Notes under the pieces: generated by a model
The model's input: only the letters and a program-made list of their open reading frames with translations
The model's database searches: none
What the model was told of the DNA's origin: nothing
In this document: positions 9,983 through 19,109 of the stretch, piece after piece
Numbering within the stretch: position 1 is the first letter of the stretch
How the letters are laid out: each line of letters starts with the position of its first letter
Program-made: the position numbers and the translations under genes
NCBI GenBank assembly: GCA_902789425.1
Contig: CADANX010000001.1
Location: forward strand, 16,206-80,205
DNA: 64,000 bases
DNA from: an uncultured Erysipelotrichaceae bacterium
GTDB lineage: Bacteria > Bacillota_I > Bacilli_A > RF39 > UBA660
Reading direction: 5' to 3'

Positions 9983-10080
9983 CCTCTTTTTACAAGAGAA
10001 ATTATAACATATATATATGAAAAAAGCACTTATATTTTATATTTTTTTTAACATAATAAAAATAGTAAAGGATAATTATT

Positions 10081-12006
10081 GTGAAAAAGAATAAATTTTT
10101 ATTAAAATTATTTATTATTAATATGTTTTTACTGTGCATATTTTTTTCCTTATTATATATATATGTAAAATCTACACCTAAACTTGATTTAAAAAAAACT
10201 AATAACATTATTATATATGATAAAAATAATAAACCATTTTTCAAAGGAAATGGATCTAAAGAATGGGTAGAACTTAAAAATATAAGTAATAACTTAATAG
10301 ATGCTACTATTTCTACTGAAGATAAAAGGTTTTACTCGCACAATGGATTTGATTATATAAGAATTATTAAATCAATTTTTAATAATATTAAAAATAAATC
10401 TATAGTAGAAGGTGGTTCTACAATTACACAGCAATATGCAAGGAATCTATATCTTTCATTTGATAGAAATTTTAATAGAAAAATAAAAGAAGCATTTCTT
10501 GCATTTAAGATGGAAATTAATTATCAAAAGAATGATATTTTAGAAGGATATTTAAATACAATAAACTATGGTAATGGAATATTTGGAATACAAAATGCCG
10601 CTAAATATTATTTTAATAAAGATGCTAAAGATTTAAATTTAGCAGAAAGCTCTATGCTAGCAGGTATTCCAGGTTATCCACAAGAATATTCACCTATAAA
10701 TAATTTAAAAAACGCTAAAAAAAGACAAAAACTAATACTAAATACAATGGTTAAGAACAAATACATTACAAAAGATGAAGCAAACCTAGCATATAATGCA
10801 AAACTAATCCTATATGGCAAAAAAGATAAACTAAATCTAACAACACTAATGTATTATAAAGATGCTGTGATGAATGAACTAAATGATCTAAATGTAATAC
10901 CTAAAGATTATATTGAAAATAATAATATTAAAATATACACTAATCTAGATTTAGATGCTCAAAAGAAATTAGATGAAGCAATAAATATAAATATGAATAA
11001 TACAACTCTTGAAGTGTCTAGTGTAATGATAGAGAATTACACAGGAAAAATAATAGCTCTTGCAGGTGGTAAAGATTATGAAAACAGCCAATTTAATAGA
11101 GCTGTATTATCTAAAAGACAAGTTGGATCAACTATGAAACCCCTCCTTTACTATACAGCACTAGAAAATGGTTTAACTCCTTCTTCTACTTTTTCTTCTG
11201 AAAACACTAATTTTAATATAAATGAATCAGAAACATATTCACCGCATAATTATGCAAATATGTACGCTAATAGGCAAATACCAATGATACTTGCAATACC
11301 TTATTCTGATAATATATATGCTGTTAAAACTCATTTATTTATAGGAAAAAACATGCTAGTTAATACAGCTAAAAAATTAGGAATAAAAGATGATATAAAA
11401 AATAATGCATCATTGCCACTTGGAACATCCGAATTAAAAATGATAGACTTTATAAATGCATATAGTACAATCGCAAGTGAAGGCATATATAGTTCTCCAT
11501 ATTTAATTAGAAAAATAAAAGATAAAAATAATAAAAATTTATATAAACATAATGATTATAAAGAAAAAATATTAAACATTAATTATACATACATTTTAAG
11601 TGAATTATTAAGTAATTGTTATGATAGCACATTGATTGATTATAGTGCACCAACATGTTTAAGCATAAGACCTAAACTAACAAATAAATATGCTATTAAA
11701 ACCGGAAGTACAAATACTGATTCTTGGACAATAGGATATAACAAAAACACAACATTAGGTGTTTGGATAGGTTATGATAATAACAAAAAATTAGATAAAT
11801 CCGATTCAAAATATTCTAAAAATATATGGGCAGATACTATGGAAAATTATTTTAGAAATAAAGATAGTTTATGGTATGAAAAACCAAAGGATGTGGTTCC
11901 TGTATTAGTTAATCCTATTAATGGTAAAATTGCTACTGGTAAATCAAATAAAAAGAAAATTGTTTATTACTTAAAAGGTACTGAACCTGAAGAATATGAT
12001 AAATAA
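10081..12006 (+). CDS. class A penicillin-binding protein (glycosyltransferase plus transpeptidase)
   Basis: 641 aa with a GTG start and an N-terminal TM segment. GT51 motifs EDKRFYSHNGFD and GGSTITQQ are present, as is the transpeptidase SxxK motif within QVGSTMKP. Confidence 0.9.
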   Translation: MKKNKFLLKLFIINMFLLCIFFSLLYIYVKSTPKLDLKKTNNIIIYDKNNKPFFKGNGSKEWVELKNISNNLIDATISTEDKRFYSHNGFDYIRIIKSIFNNIKNKSIVEGGSTITQQYARNLYLSFDRNFNRKIKEAFLAFKMEINYQKNDILEGYLNTINYGNGIFGIQNAAKYYFNKDAKDLNLAESSMLAGIPGYPQEYSPINNLKNAKKRQKLILNTMVKNKYITKDEANLAYNAKLILYGKKDKLNLTTLMYYKDAVMNELNDLNVIPKDYIENNNIKIYTNLDLDAQKKLDEAININMNNTTLEVSSVMIENYTGKIIALAGGKDYENSQFNRAVLSKRQVGSTMKPLLYYTALENGLTPSSTFSSENTNFNINESETYSPHNYANMYANRQIPMILAIPYSDNIYAVKTHLFIGKNMLVNTAKKLGIKDDIKNNASLPLGTSELKMIDFINAYSTIASEGIYSSPYLIRKIKDKNNKNLYKHNDYKEKILNINYTYILSELLSNCYDSTLIDYSAPTCLSIRPKLTNKYAIKTGSTNTDSWTIGYNKNTTLGVWIGYDNNKKLDKSDSKYSKNIWADTMENYFRNKDSLWYEKPKDVVPVLVNPINGKIATGKSNKKKIVYYLKGTEPEEYDK

Positions 12007-12008
12007 AA

Positions 12009-12034
12009 AAGTAGATATTAATCTCTATCTACTT
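12009..12034. terminator. bidirectional terminator between the PBP gene and the ParB-family gene
   Basis: Stem AAGTAGAT (12009-12016) / ATCTACTT (12027-12034) with flanking A and T runs. It overlaps the stop of the minus-strand gene. Confidence 0.6.
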
Positions 12035-13073
12035 TAACTACAAATTGAATTTCATTTTGAAAATCATATTCTTCTAATTTTGCATTAAAACCAATTGATT
12101 CAAGTTCTTTAATTAATGAATTCATTTTATCTTGAACTTGTTCAATACTCTTATTCATTTTAGTTGTAAATGGTAATACTTTATCATTTAATTGAGCAGG
12201 TTTTGGTTCAACTACTGCATCTGTATTAACATTACTTAATAAGTCATCTTGTTCAAGTACAGGTTTAATATAAGGAATTGGATTTTTATTATTATCATCT
12301 AGAATTGGTTTAATAAAATCATCATTTTTTGTAACTTCCTCAGGTGCTGTATTTATACTAGGAATAATTTTATCAAAATCAAATATTCCTTTATCAAAAT
12401 TATCATCTTTAATTTCTACTTTAGGCATAGTATTTAAATTTAAATCTACAGGTTTTACTTCTGTTTGATTTAATTTATCACTAATAGCACTTTCTGTATC
12501 TTTAACATTTAATTTATTATTTATAATTGTATTTAACATTTCTATTTGTTCTGATGGATTACTAAGTCTAAGTAAACTTCTTGCATGTCTTTCACTTATT
12601 TTATTATTTAAAAGTGCATCTTGAACTTCATCTGTTAAATTTAATAATCTTAATTTATTTGATACTGTTGCTTGAGTTTTACCCATTCTATTTGCAAGTT
12701 GATCTTGTGTTAAATATCCTCTGTCAAGTAATTTTTTATATGATTTAGCCTCTTCTATTGGACTTAAATCTTTTCTTTGTAAATTTTCAACTATTGCTAC
12801 TTCTGCTGATTCATTATCATTTAAATCAATTATAATAGCAGGTACTTTTGTAAGACCAGCAATATATGATGCTTTAAATCTTCTTTCACCAGCTATTATT
12901 TCAAATTTATTTCCAACTTTTCTAAGTACTAGAGGTTGGATTATACCATGTAATCTAATTGATTTTGCTAGTTCATTTAAAGAATCTTCATCAAATGTAA
13001 GTCTTGGCTGAAACCTATTAGGTATTATATCTTCTAAAGAAACTTCAACTATTTCTTTTTCAATTTCTCCCAT
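12018..13073 (-). CDS. noc: ParB-family protein, Noc-type (nucleoid occlusion protein-like) with a long internal linker
   Basis: I prefer the start MGEIEKE (13073), preceded by AGAGAGGT. Motifs are PNRFQPR, GERRFKAS, the HTH GKTQATVSNKLRLL, ISERHARSL and NVKDTES, plus a Noc-like C-terminal end. It lies directly downstream of rsmG, where noc sits in Bacillus. Confidence 0.75.
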   Translation of the reverse strand: MGEIEKEIVEVSLEDIIPNRFQPRLTFDEDSLNELAKSIRLHGIIQPLVLRKVGNKFEIIAGERRFKASYIAGLTKVPAIIIDLNDNESAEVAIVENLQRKDLSPIEEAKSYKKLLDRGYLTQDQLANRMGKTQATVSNKLRLLNLTDEVQDALLNNKISERHARSLLRLSNPSEQIEMLNTIINNKLNVKDTESAISDKLNQTEVKPVDLNLNTMPKVEIKDDNFDKGIFDFDKIIPSINTAPEEVTKNDDFIKPILDDNNKNPIPYIKPVLEQDDLLSNVNTDAVVEPKPAQLNDKVLPFTTKMNKSIEQVQDKMNSLIKELESIGFNAKLEEYDFQNEIQFVVKVDRD

Positions 13074-13135
13074 AATCAAACCTCTCTTCTTATTCTTTTA
13101 CTCTTATATATAATAATACAATAAAAATCCATTTT

Positions 13136-13843
13136 TTACAATGGATTTTTTTTAATTTTATCAAAATTCCTAGGATACTTAGTACTTGTTTTTGATATTT
13201 TTTTTATTTTTACAAGGTTTCTTACAGAGTTTTCAATTGGTAATTTAAACGATATTACTTCCTCAATTTTGCTATTTAATAAATTAAGTGAATTCTTTGA
13301 TAGTTCTAATTCTTCTTCTACAGTTGCTTTCATTGGTATAAAATATCCATTTACTTTAACTAGAGGAATACATAATTCATTTAATATATTTAATTTAGCT
13401 ACTGCTCTAGATGTAACAACATCAAATTCTTCTCTATGATTCTTAGAAAATAGTTCAGCTCTATCATGAATTACTTCTATATTTTTTAAATCTAATTCTT
13501 TTATTACTTCTTTTAAAAATACAACTCTTTTCTCAAGTGCATCCACAAGAGTTATTCTTAAATTAGGAAAAAATATTTTCAATACAAGTCCTGGAAAACC
13601 AGCTCCTGTCCCTATATCGCATAAAGTTAATTCTTTATTTAAATCAATTGCTTTTGATAGCGTAACAGAATCATAAAAATGTTTTAAATATACATCTTCT
13701 TTTTCTGTAATAGATGTAAGATTAATCTTGTTATTCCAAGATACTAATAACTCATAGTACTTTTCTAATTTTTCTTCTATATCAGAATTTAATTCAATAT
13801 TTATTTTTTTTAATTTCTCTGAAAATAATTCCCTATTCATCAA
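13136..13843 (-). CDS. rsmG: 16S rRNA (guanine527-N7)-methyltransferase
   Basis: 235 aa, GidB-like, with the SAM motif [10 protein letters not shown]. It lies downstream of mnmG. Confidence 0.92.
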   Translation of the reverse strand: MMNRELFSEKLKKINIELNSDIEEKLEKYYELLVSWNNKINLTSITEKEDVYLKHFYDSVTLSKAIDLNKELTLCDIGTGAGFPGLVLKIFFPNLRITLVDALEKRVVFLKEVIKELDLKNIEVIHDRAELFSKNHREEFDVVTSRAVAKLNILNELCIPLVKVNGYFIPMKATVEEELELSKNSLNLLNSKIEEVISFKLPIENSVRNLVKIKKISKTSTKYPRNFDKIKKNPL

Positions 13844-15650
13844 AATACCTCTTCATATAAACTGATAAAATCATAATATCAGATGGATTAACACCACTTA
13901 TTCTCATAGCTTGTCCAAAATTTTCTGGTTTAACTTCTTTTAATTTTACTCTTGCTTCACTTGCTATATTTGTAATTTTATCATAATCAATATCTTTAGG
14001 AATCTTCTTATTTTCAAGCTTTCTCATCTTTTCTGCTTCTTTTCTTGTTTTCTTTATATAACCTTCATATTTGATCATTATTTCAGCTTGTTCTAATTCT
14101 AATTCGTCATATTCTTTATCTAAATACTTAACTACATCATTAATAGAAACTTCAGTTCTTTTTACATAATCATAAGCTGTAATATTCTTTTCATCTTTTA
14201 TTTTTATGTTCTTTAAACTTTCCATAATATCATTTATATTAGATTCTTTTTGAAGTAATTTGTTATATCTTTTCTCGTCTATTAAACCAACTTCATAACC
14301 ATGTTTTCTAAGTCTTAAATCTGCATTATCACTTCTCAATAATAAACGATATTCAGCTCTACTTGTTAATAATCTATATGGATCTCTAACACCTTTTGTA
14401 ACAAGATCATCAATAAGAACACCAATATATGCTTCATCTCTTTTAAGTACTAGCGGTTCTTTACCTTCTAATTTTAATGAGGCATTTATACCAGCCATTA
14501 ATCCTTGACAAGCTGCTTCTTCATAACCACTTGTTCCATTAATTTGACCAGCTGTATATAAATTTTCAACTAATTTTGTTTCAAGTGATGGATATAAATC
14601 TCTTGAATCAATTGCATCATATTCAATTGCATATGCATATCTTAATATTTTTGCATTTTCAAGTCCTGGTAGTGAGTGAACCATTTGCTCTTGAACATCA
14701 TATGGCATACTAGTTGAAAAACCTTGTACATAGATATCATCAAAATATCTACTTTCTGGTTCTAAAAATAATTGATGTCTTTCTTTATCTGCAAATCTGA
14801 CTACTTTATCCTCAATTGATGGACAATATCTAGGACCTGTTCCTAATTTTTCTTTTATTCCACCATACATACTAGATTTTTCTAAATTATCCATAATAAT
14901 TTTGTGAGTTGTGCTTGTAGTATATGTTAAATAGCAAGATTCTTGATCTTCTGGTTTATAATTTGGTTTTAAATCAAATGAAAAAGTGTATAATTTTTCA
15001 TCTCCAGGTTCCTCTTTTGTTTTACTAAAGTCAATCGTATCTCTTTGAATTCTTGGAGGTGTTCCAGTTTTTAATCTTAATATTTTAAATCCTAACTTTT
15101 CTAGATTTTCACTTAAAAATAGAGATGGTCTAGTATTAGTTGGGCCACTTCTTGTCCTTTTATCACCTACAAGTATATCTGCTTTCATATATGTACCTGT
15201 GGTTAATATAACTGCATCAGATAATATTTCTTCTCCACCAGATAATTTAACACCCTTAACTATATTATTTTCAACAATTAAATCCTCTACCATATCTTCA
15301 ATAATTTCAATGTTATCATGTTCTTTTAACATTTTTTGCATTTCTTTTGGATAAGCTACCTTATCACCTTGGGCTCTTAAAGATCTAACTGCTGGGCCTT
15401 TACTAAAGTTTAACATTTTCATTTGAAGATGTGTTTTATCAGAAACAACTCCCATAACTCCACCTAGTGCGTCAATTTCCCTAACTACAATACCTTTTGC
15501 AGAACCTCCAATATGTGGATTACATGGCATCATTGCTATTTTATCTATTGAACCAGTTACTAGAAGTGTTTTATGATTTTTATTTGCACAAGCAAAAGTA
15601 GCCTCACACCCTGCATGGCCACCACCTACAACAATAACATCATATTTCAT
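13833..15650 (-). CDS. mnmG: tRNA uridine 5-carboxymethylaminomethyl modification enzyme
   Basis: I prefer the start [17 protein letters not shown] (15650), preceded by GGGTGA. The sequence is GidA-like over its full length. Confidence 0.96.
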   Translation of the reverse strand: MKYDVIVVGGGHAGCEATFACANKNHKTLLVTGSIDKIAMMPCNPHIGGSAKGIVVREIDALGGVMGVVSDKTHLQMKMLNFSKGPAVRSLRAQGDKVAYPKEMQKMLKEHDNIEIIEDMVEDLIVENNIVKGVKLSGGEEILSDAVILTTGTYMKADILVGDKRTRSGPTNTRPSLFLSENLEKLGFKILRLKTGTPPRIQRDTIDFSKTKEEPGDEKLYTFSFDLKPNYKPEDQESCYLTYTTSTTHKIIMDNLEKSSMYGGIKEKLGTGPRYCPSIEDKVVRFADKERHQLFLEPESRYFDDIYVQGFSTSMPYDVQEQMVHSLPGLENAKILRYAYAIEYDAIDSRDLYPSLETKLVENLYTAGQINGTSGYEEAACQGLMAGINASLKLEGKEPLVLKRDEAYIGVLIDDLVTKGVRDPYRLLTSRAEYRLLLRSDNADLRLRKHGYEVGLIDEKRYNKLLQKESNINDIMESLKNIKIKDEKNITAYDYVKRTEVSINDVVKYLDKEYDELELEQAEIMIKYEGYIKKTRKEAEKMRKLENKKIPKDIDYDKITNIASEARVKLKEVKPENFGQAMRISGVNPSDIMILSVYMKRYFDE

Positions 15651-15713
15651 ATAATTCACCCACTTTTTTTAGCAAAAATATTATACTACATAAAACAAAA
15701 AAAAGAAATATTT

Positions 15714-16304
15714 TTACATATTTCTTATTTCATCTTGTAAATTCCTAAATAAATCATCTTCATAGTAAATAGAATCAAAAGTTAACCATCCATCTGATGC
15801 ATTTGTTATATTACCTACTTTTGATTTAATGTCTTGTGGATAATTTTCAATATCTTTTAAAGCATTTTCAACAGTAAAATCTCCGCTCTTTTCATATAAT
15901 TTAGCTTGAACATCTGATTCTAATTTTGATACTTGATATACAAATTTAGCTTCATTTGATTCTTTAGTCTTGTATTCAGTAAATACTTTTTGTAAATCCG
16001 AAAAATCTTTTAATACATCATTTGTATAATTATCTACTTCTTCTTTTGTATTTAAAACAGACTCTTCTTTATTTGTAATTGCTTTTGATAATTCTTTAAC
16101 AATAATCATTTCAAATACTTTAGTAATATCTAAATTTAATTTTTTTTCTTCTATTATTGCTAATGATAAAATCATAGTACCATATACATGATCAGCTACT
16201 GATTCTATTTTTTCACTTGGAATCCCAACTTCTTTCCAACCTGTTCTAATAACATTTTTTAAATTACTAGCTTTTACATAAAATTCTAAAATATTTTTAT
16301 TCAT
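15714..16304 (-). CDS. HD-domain phosphohydrolase (YfbR-like 5-prime-nucleotidase family)
   Basis: 196 aa with RTGWKEVGIPSEKIESVADHVYG, typical of HD_3 proteins. Confidence 0.7.
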   Translation of the reverse strand: MNKNILEFYVKASNLKNVIRTGWKEVGIPSEKIESVADHVYGTMILSLAIIEEKKLNLDITKVFEMIIVKELSKAITNKEESVLNTKEEVDNYTNDVLKDFSDLQKVFTEYKTKESNEAKFVYQVSKLESDVQAKLYEKSGDFTVENALKDIENYPQDIKSKVGNITNASDGWLTFDSIYYEDDLFRNLQDEIRNM

Positions 16305-16314
16305 ATTATCCTCC

Positions 16315-17646
16315 TTATTTTAAACTATAAACAGTTTCTTTAAACTCATTACCTCTGATTTCAAAATCTTTATATTGATCCCATGATGCACATGCTGGAG
16401 ATAATAATATAACATCTCCTTCTTCACTTATTTCATAAGCTTTTTTAGTAGCATCAATAAGATTATCTACAACTATTACATCAACTTTATTTTTATTAGC
16501 AAATTCTTTTATTTTCTCTTTTGTTTCACCATAACATACTATAGTTTTTACATTTGTTAAATGAGAACTAATTTCATCAAAAGGTATATTTCTATCAAGA
16601 CCACCCATTAATAAAATTGTTGGTTCTTTAAAAGAATCTAATGCTATAATTGTTGATTTATTATTTGTAGCTTTTGAATCATTATAGAATTTTCTTTTAT
16701 TTATTTCAGTAACATATTCAATTCTATGTTCTACACCACCAAACTTTGATAAAAAATCTTTTATATTTTCATTAGTTATATCATACATTTTAGCAATTAA
16801 TATAGCTACCATTATATTTTCATAATTATGATTTCCTTTAATCTTAATATCATCAAGACTAATTATTTTCTCATTATTATATACAATATAATTATCTTTT
16901 AAACAAATATCAGCATCTTCTTTACTAGAAAAATATAATTTTTTATCAGGAATATCTTCAGTTAATTTAATAACATCATTATCACTTTTGTTAAGTATTG
17001 CTATATCATTTTTCGTATGATTATTAAAGATTTTTTTCTTAGTATTTTTATAATTATCATAAGTTCCATGGAAATCTATATGAACTTCACTTAGATTAGT
17101 TAAAACACTTATATTTGATTTAAAATCATACATATCAAGTAATTGATGATCTGATATTTCAAGTACTAAAGTGTCTCCTTTTTTGACTTCATTTACTAAA
17201 TCAGAAACAGGAACACCTATATTTCCTCCTAAATGAATATTATTATATTTATATTTTAATAATTCATAAACAATTGTAGTTGTAGTTGTTTTTCCATTTG
17301 AACCTGTTATTGCTATTATTTTTACGTCTTCTGGTAAAAATTTATAAGCTACTTCTACTTCATTTATAACTGGAATATTTAATTTTCTTGCAATATTAAA
17401 TATTTCTTTATCTTTTCTAATACCTGGATTTTTAACAACATAATCAAAAGAGTCATCTATTAATTCATAATCTTTATCAGTTATTACTACTTTTATACCT
17501 AATTTTTCAAGTTCATCAAGTACTTCTTTTTCTTGTTCATTACTGTCATTAATAACTATTTCATTATTATGTTTACTAAGTAGTTTGGCAACACCGATTC
17601 CACTTCTACCCATTCCTATAATTAATATCTTTTTATTTTCTATCAT
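16315..17646 (-). CDS. murD: UDP-N-acetylmuramoylalanine--D-glutamate ligase
   Basis: 443 aa with the N-terminal Rossmann motif GMGRSGIGVAKLL and the P-loop ITGSNGKTTTT. Confidence 0.93.
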   Translation of the reverse strand: MIENKKILIIGMGRSGIGVAKLLSKHNNEIVINDSNEQEKEVLDELEKLGIKVVITDKDYELIDDSFDYVVKNPGIRKDKEIFNIARKLNIPVINEVEVAYKFLPEDVKIIAITGSNGKTTTTTIVYELLKYKYNNIHLGGNIGVPVSDLVNEVKKGDTLVLEISDHQLLDMYDFKSNISVLTNLSEVHIDFHGTYDNYKNTKKKIFNNHTKNDIAILNKSDNDVIKLTEDIPDKKLYFSSKEDADICLKDNYIVYNNEKIISLDDIKIKGNHNYENIMVAILIAKMYDITNENIKDFLSKFGGVEHRIEYVTEINKRKFYNDSKATNNKSTIIALDSFKEPTILLMGGLDRNIPFDEISSHLTNVKTIVCYGETKEKIKEFANKNKVDVIVVDNLIDATKKAYEISEEGDVILLSPACASWDQYKDFEIRGNEFKETVYSLK

Positions 17647-17655
17647 GATTTCCTC

Positions 17656-18144
17656 CTATAAAGTTTTTTTCTTTTTTTCATAATATGGATTATTTGTTGT
17701 AAATACTTGATATCCTTGTCCTGTACCTTCTTCACTTAGTATTTCTGTTTTTTCAGAATCAAATTTCCATCCTGATTTTTTTGCAGCATTTATTGATGCT
17801 TCGTTATCGTAATTAATTAAGCTAATAAATTCTACTTTATCTTTATAAAATTCACCAGTCATTTCAATTAATTTTTGTTTTGCTATAGATGAAATACCTC
17901 TACCTCTATATTCTTTTTTTACTAATGTTCTTACTTCAACTGAATCAAATATAAATGAAGAACTTGTTATAAAACCAACTAGTTCCTTATTATAAAAAAT
18001 ACCAAATGTAAGACTATTTACTTTATCATTTAAATAATAAAAATGAATATTACCACCATTTTTTTTATAATCATCTTCTAGTGCTTCAAATTGTTCTCTT
18101 GTAATTTCTTTTAATTCAATTAAGTTATTTTCATTATTTTCCAT
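17656..18144 (-). CDS. GNAT family N-acetyltransferase
   Basis: 162 aa with acetyl-CoA motif A, RGRGISSIAKQKL. Confidence 0.75.
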   Translation of the reverse strand: MENNENNLIELKEITREQFEALEDDYKKNGGNIHFYYLNDKVNSLTFGIFYNKELVGFITSSSFIFDSVEVRTLVKKEYRGRGISSIAKQKLIEMTGEFYKDKVEFISLINYDNEASINAAKKSGWKFDSEKTEILSEEGTGQGYQVFTTNNPYYEKKKKTL

Positions 18145-18182
18145 ATTATCTTCTCCTTTAATTTTCTATGTATTATATATTA

Positions 18183-19103
18183 TTATTCACAAAATGACAA
18201 TAAGCTTTTAACATCCTTATCATTATAAATAATGTTATATAAACTATTTATTAGTTTACAATCTATATTATATTTATTAATTATCACTTTTACACTTTTT
18301 AAATTATTAAGTCCTTCGATTGTATCTATTTCATCTAATGACATTCCATTTGCAATTAATTTTCCTGCTCTTTTGTTTCTACTATCATCACTAAAAGATG
18401 TTGTTATTAAATCACCAAGTCCTGATAAACCATAAAATGTACTTTCTTTTGCTCCCATTTTTAATCCAATTTCTTTTATTTCATTAAGTCCTTCTGTAAT
18501 GATATACGAAATAGTATTTGATTCATAATTAAGTCCTTCTGCTATACCAACACTTAATGAAACTAAATTTTTTAGCACACCACCTATTTGCATACCAATA
18601 GAATCTTCATTATAAATCATTTTAAATTCTTTTGTTTCAAATAATTTATTTATATTTTTGTTTCCACTATATTCAACAAATGTAAGTACATCTTTTACTA
18701 TTTGTTCTGCATGAGATGGCCCACTAATTATTGATACATCTTTATTTAATTCTTCTTTTACTATATCGCTCATTAATTTATCATTTTCTATTCCTTTTGA
18801 TGCTATTATGATTTCTTGACAAGTAATTATATTTTTTATATTTCTACAAATATTTCTAATAGTATTACTAGGACTAACTAGTACAATATAATCAGTATCA
18901 TTAATCACTTCATTATAGTCATTAGAACATATCACCTTTTTATTAATCAAATAATTATTTAAATACTTACACTTATGTTCATTATTAATTAAATTTTTTT
19001 CTTCTTCTGTATAAGACCAAATTTTTACATCATTATTATTTTTAACAAGTAAATGAGTAAGTGCAATTCCAAAACTTCCACTACCTATAACAGCTACTTT
19101 CAT
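18183..19103 (-). CDS. gpsA: NAD(P)H-dependent glycerol-3-phosphate dehydrogenase
   Basis: 306 aa with the N-terminal MKVAVIGSGSFGIAL. The overall sequence is GpsA-like. Confidence 0.88.
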   Translation of the reverse strand: MKVAVIGSGSFGIALTHLLVKNNNDVKIWSYTEEEKNLINNEHKCKYLNNYLINKKVICSNDYNEVINDTDYIVLVSPSNTIRNICRNIKNIITCQEIIIASKGIENDKLMSDIVKEELNKDVSIISGPSHAEQIVKDVLTFVEYSGNKNINKLFETKEFKMIYNEDSIGMQIGGVLKNLVSLSVGIAEGLNYESNTISYIITEGLNEIKEIGLKMGAKESTFYGLSGLGDLITTSFSDDSRNKRAGKLIANGMSLDEIDTIEGLNNLKSVKVIINKYNIDCKLINSLYNIIYNDKDVKSLLSFCE

Positions 19104-19109
19104 ATATAC

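Noticed and set aside
9983-10080. Possible T-box leader for argS, and likewise for metG at 46855-46867.
   Set aside because: The spacers are far too short (about 98 nt and 13 nt). They show no specifier-loop or T-box (AANNNGGUGGNACCGCG-like) sequence.
10002-10244. 80-aa minus-strand ORF overlapping the start of the PBP gene.
   Set aside because: It overlaps the N-terminal TM coding region of a well-supported PBP gene, has no RBS, and is a pure AT-rich artefact.
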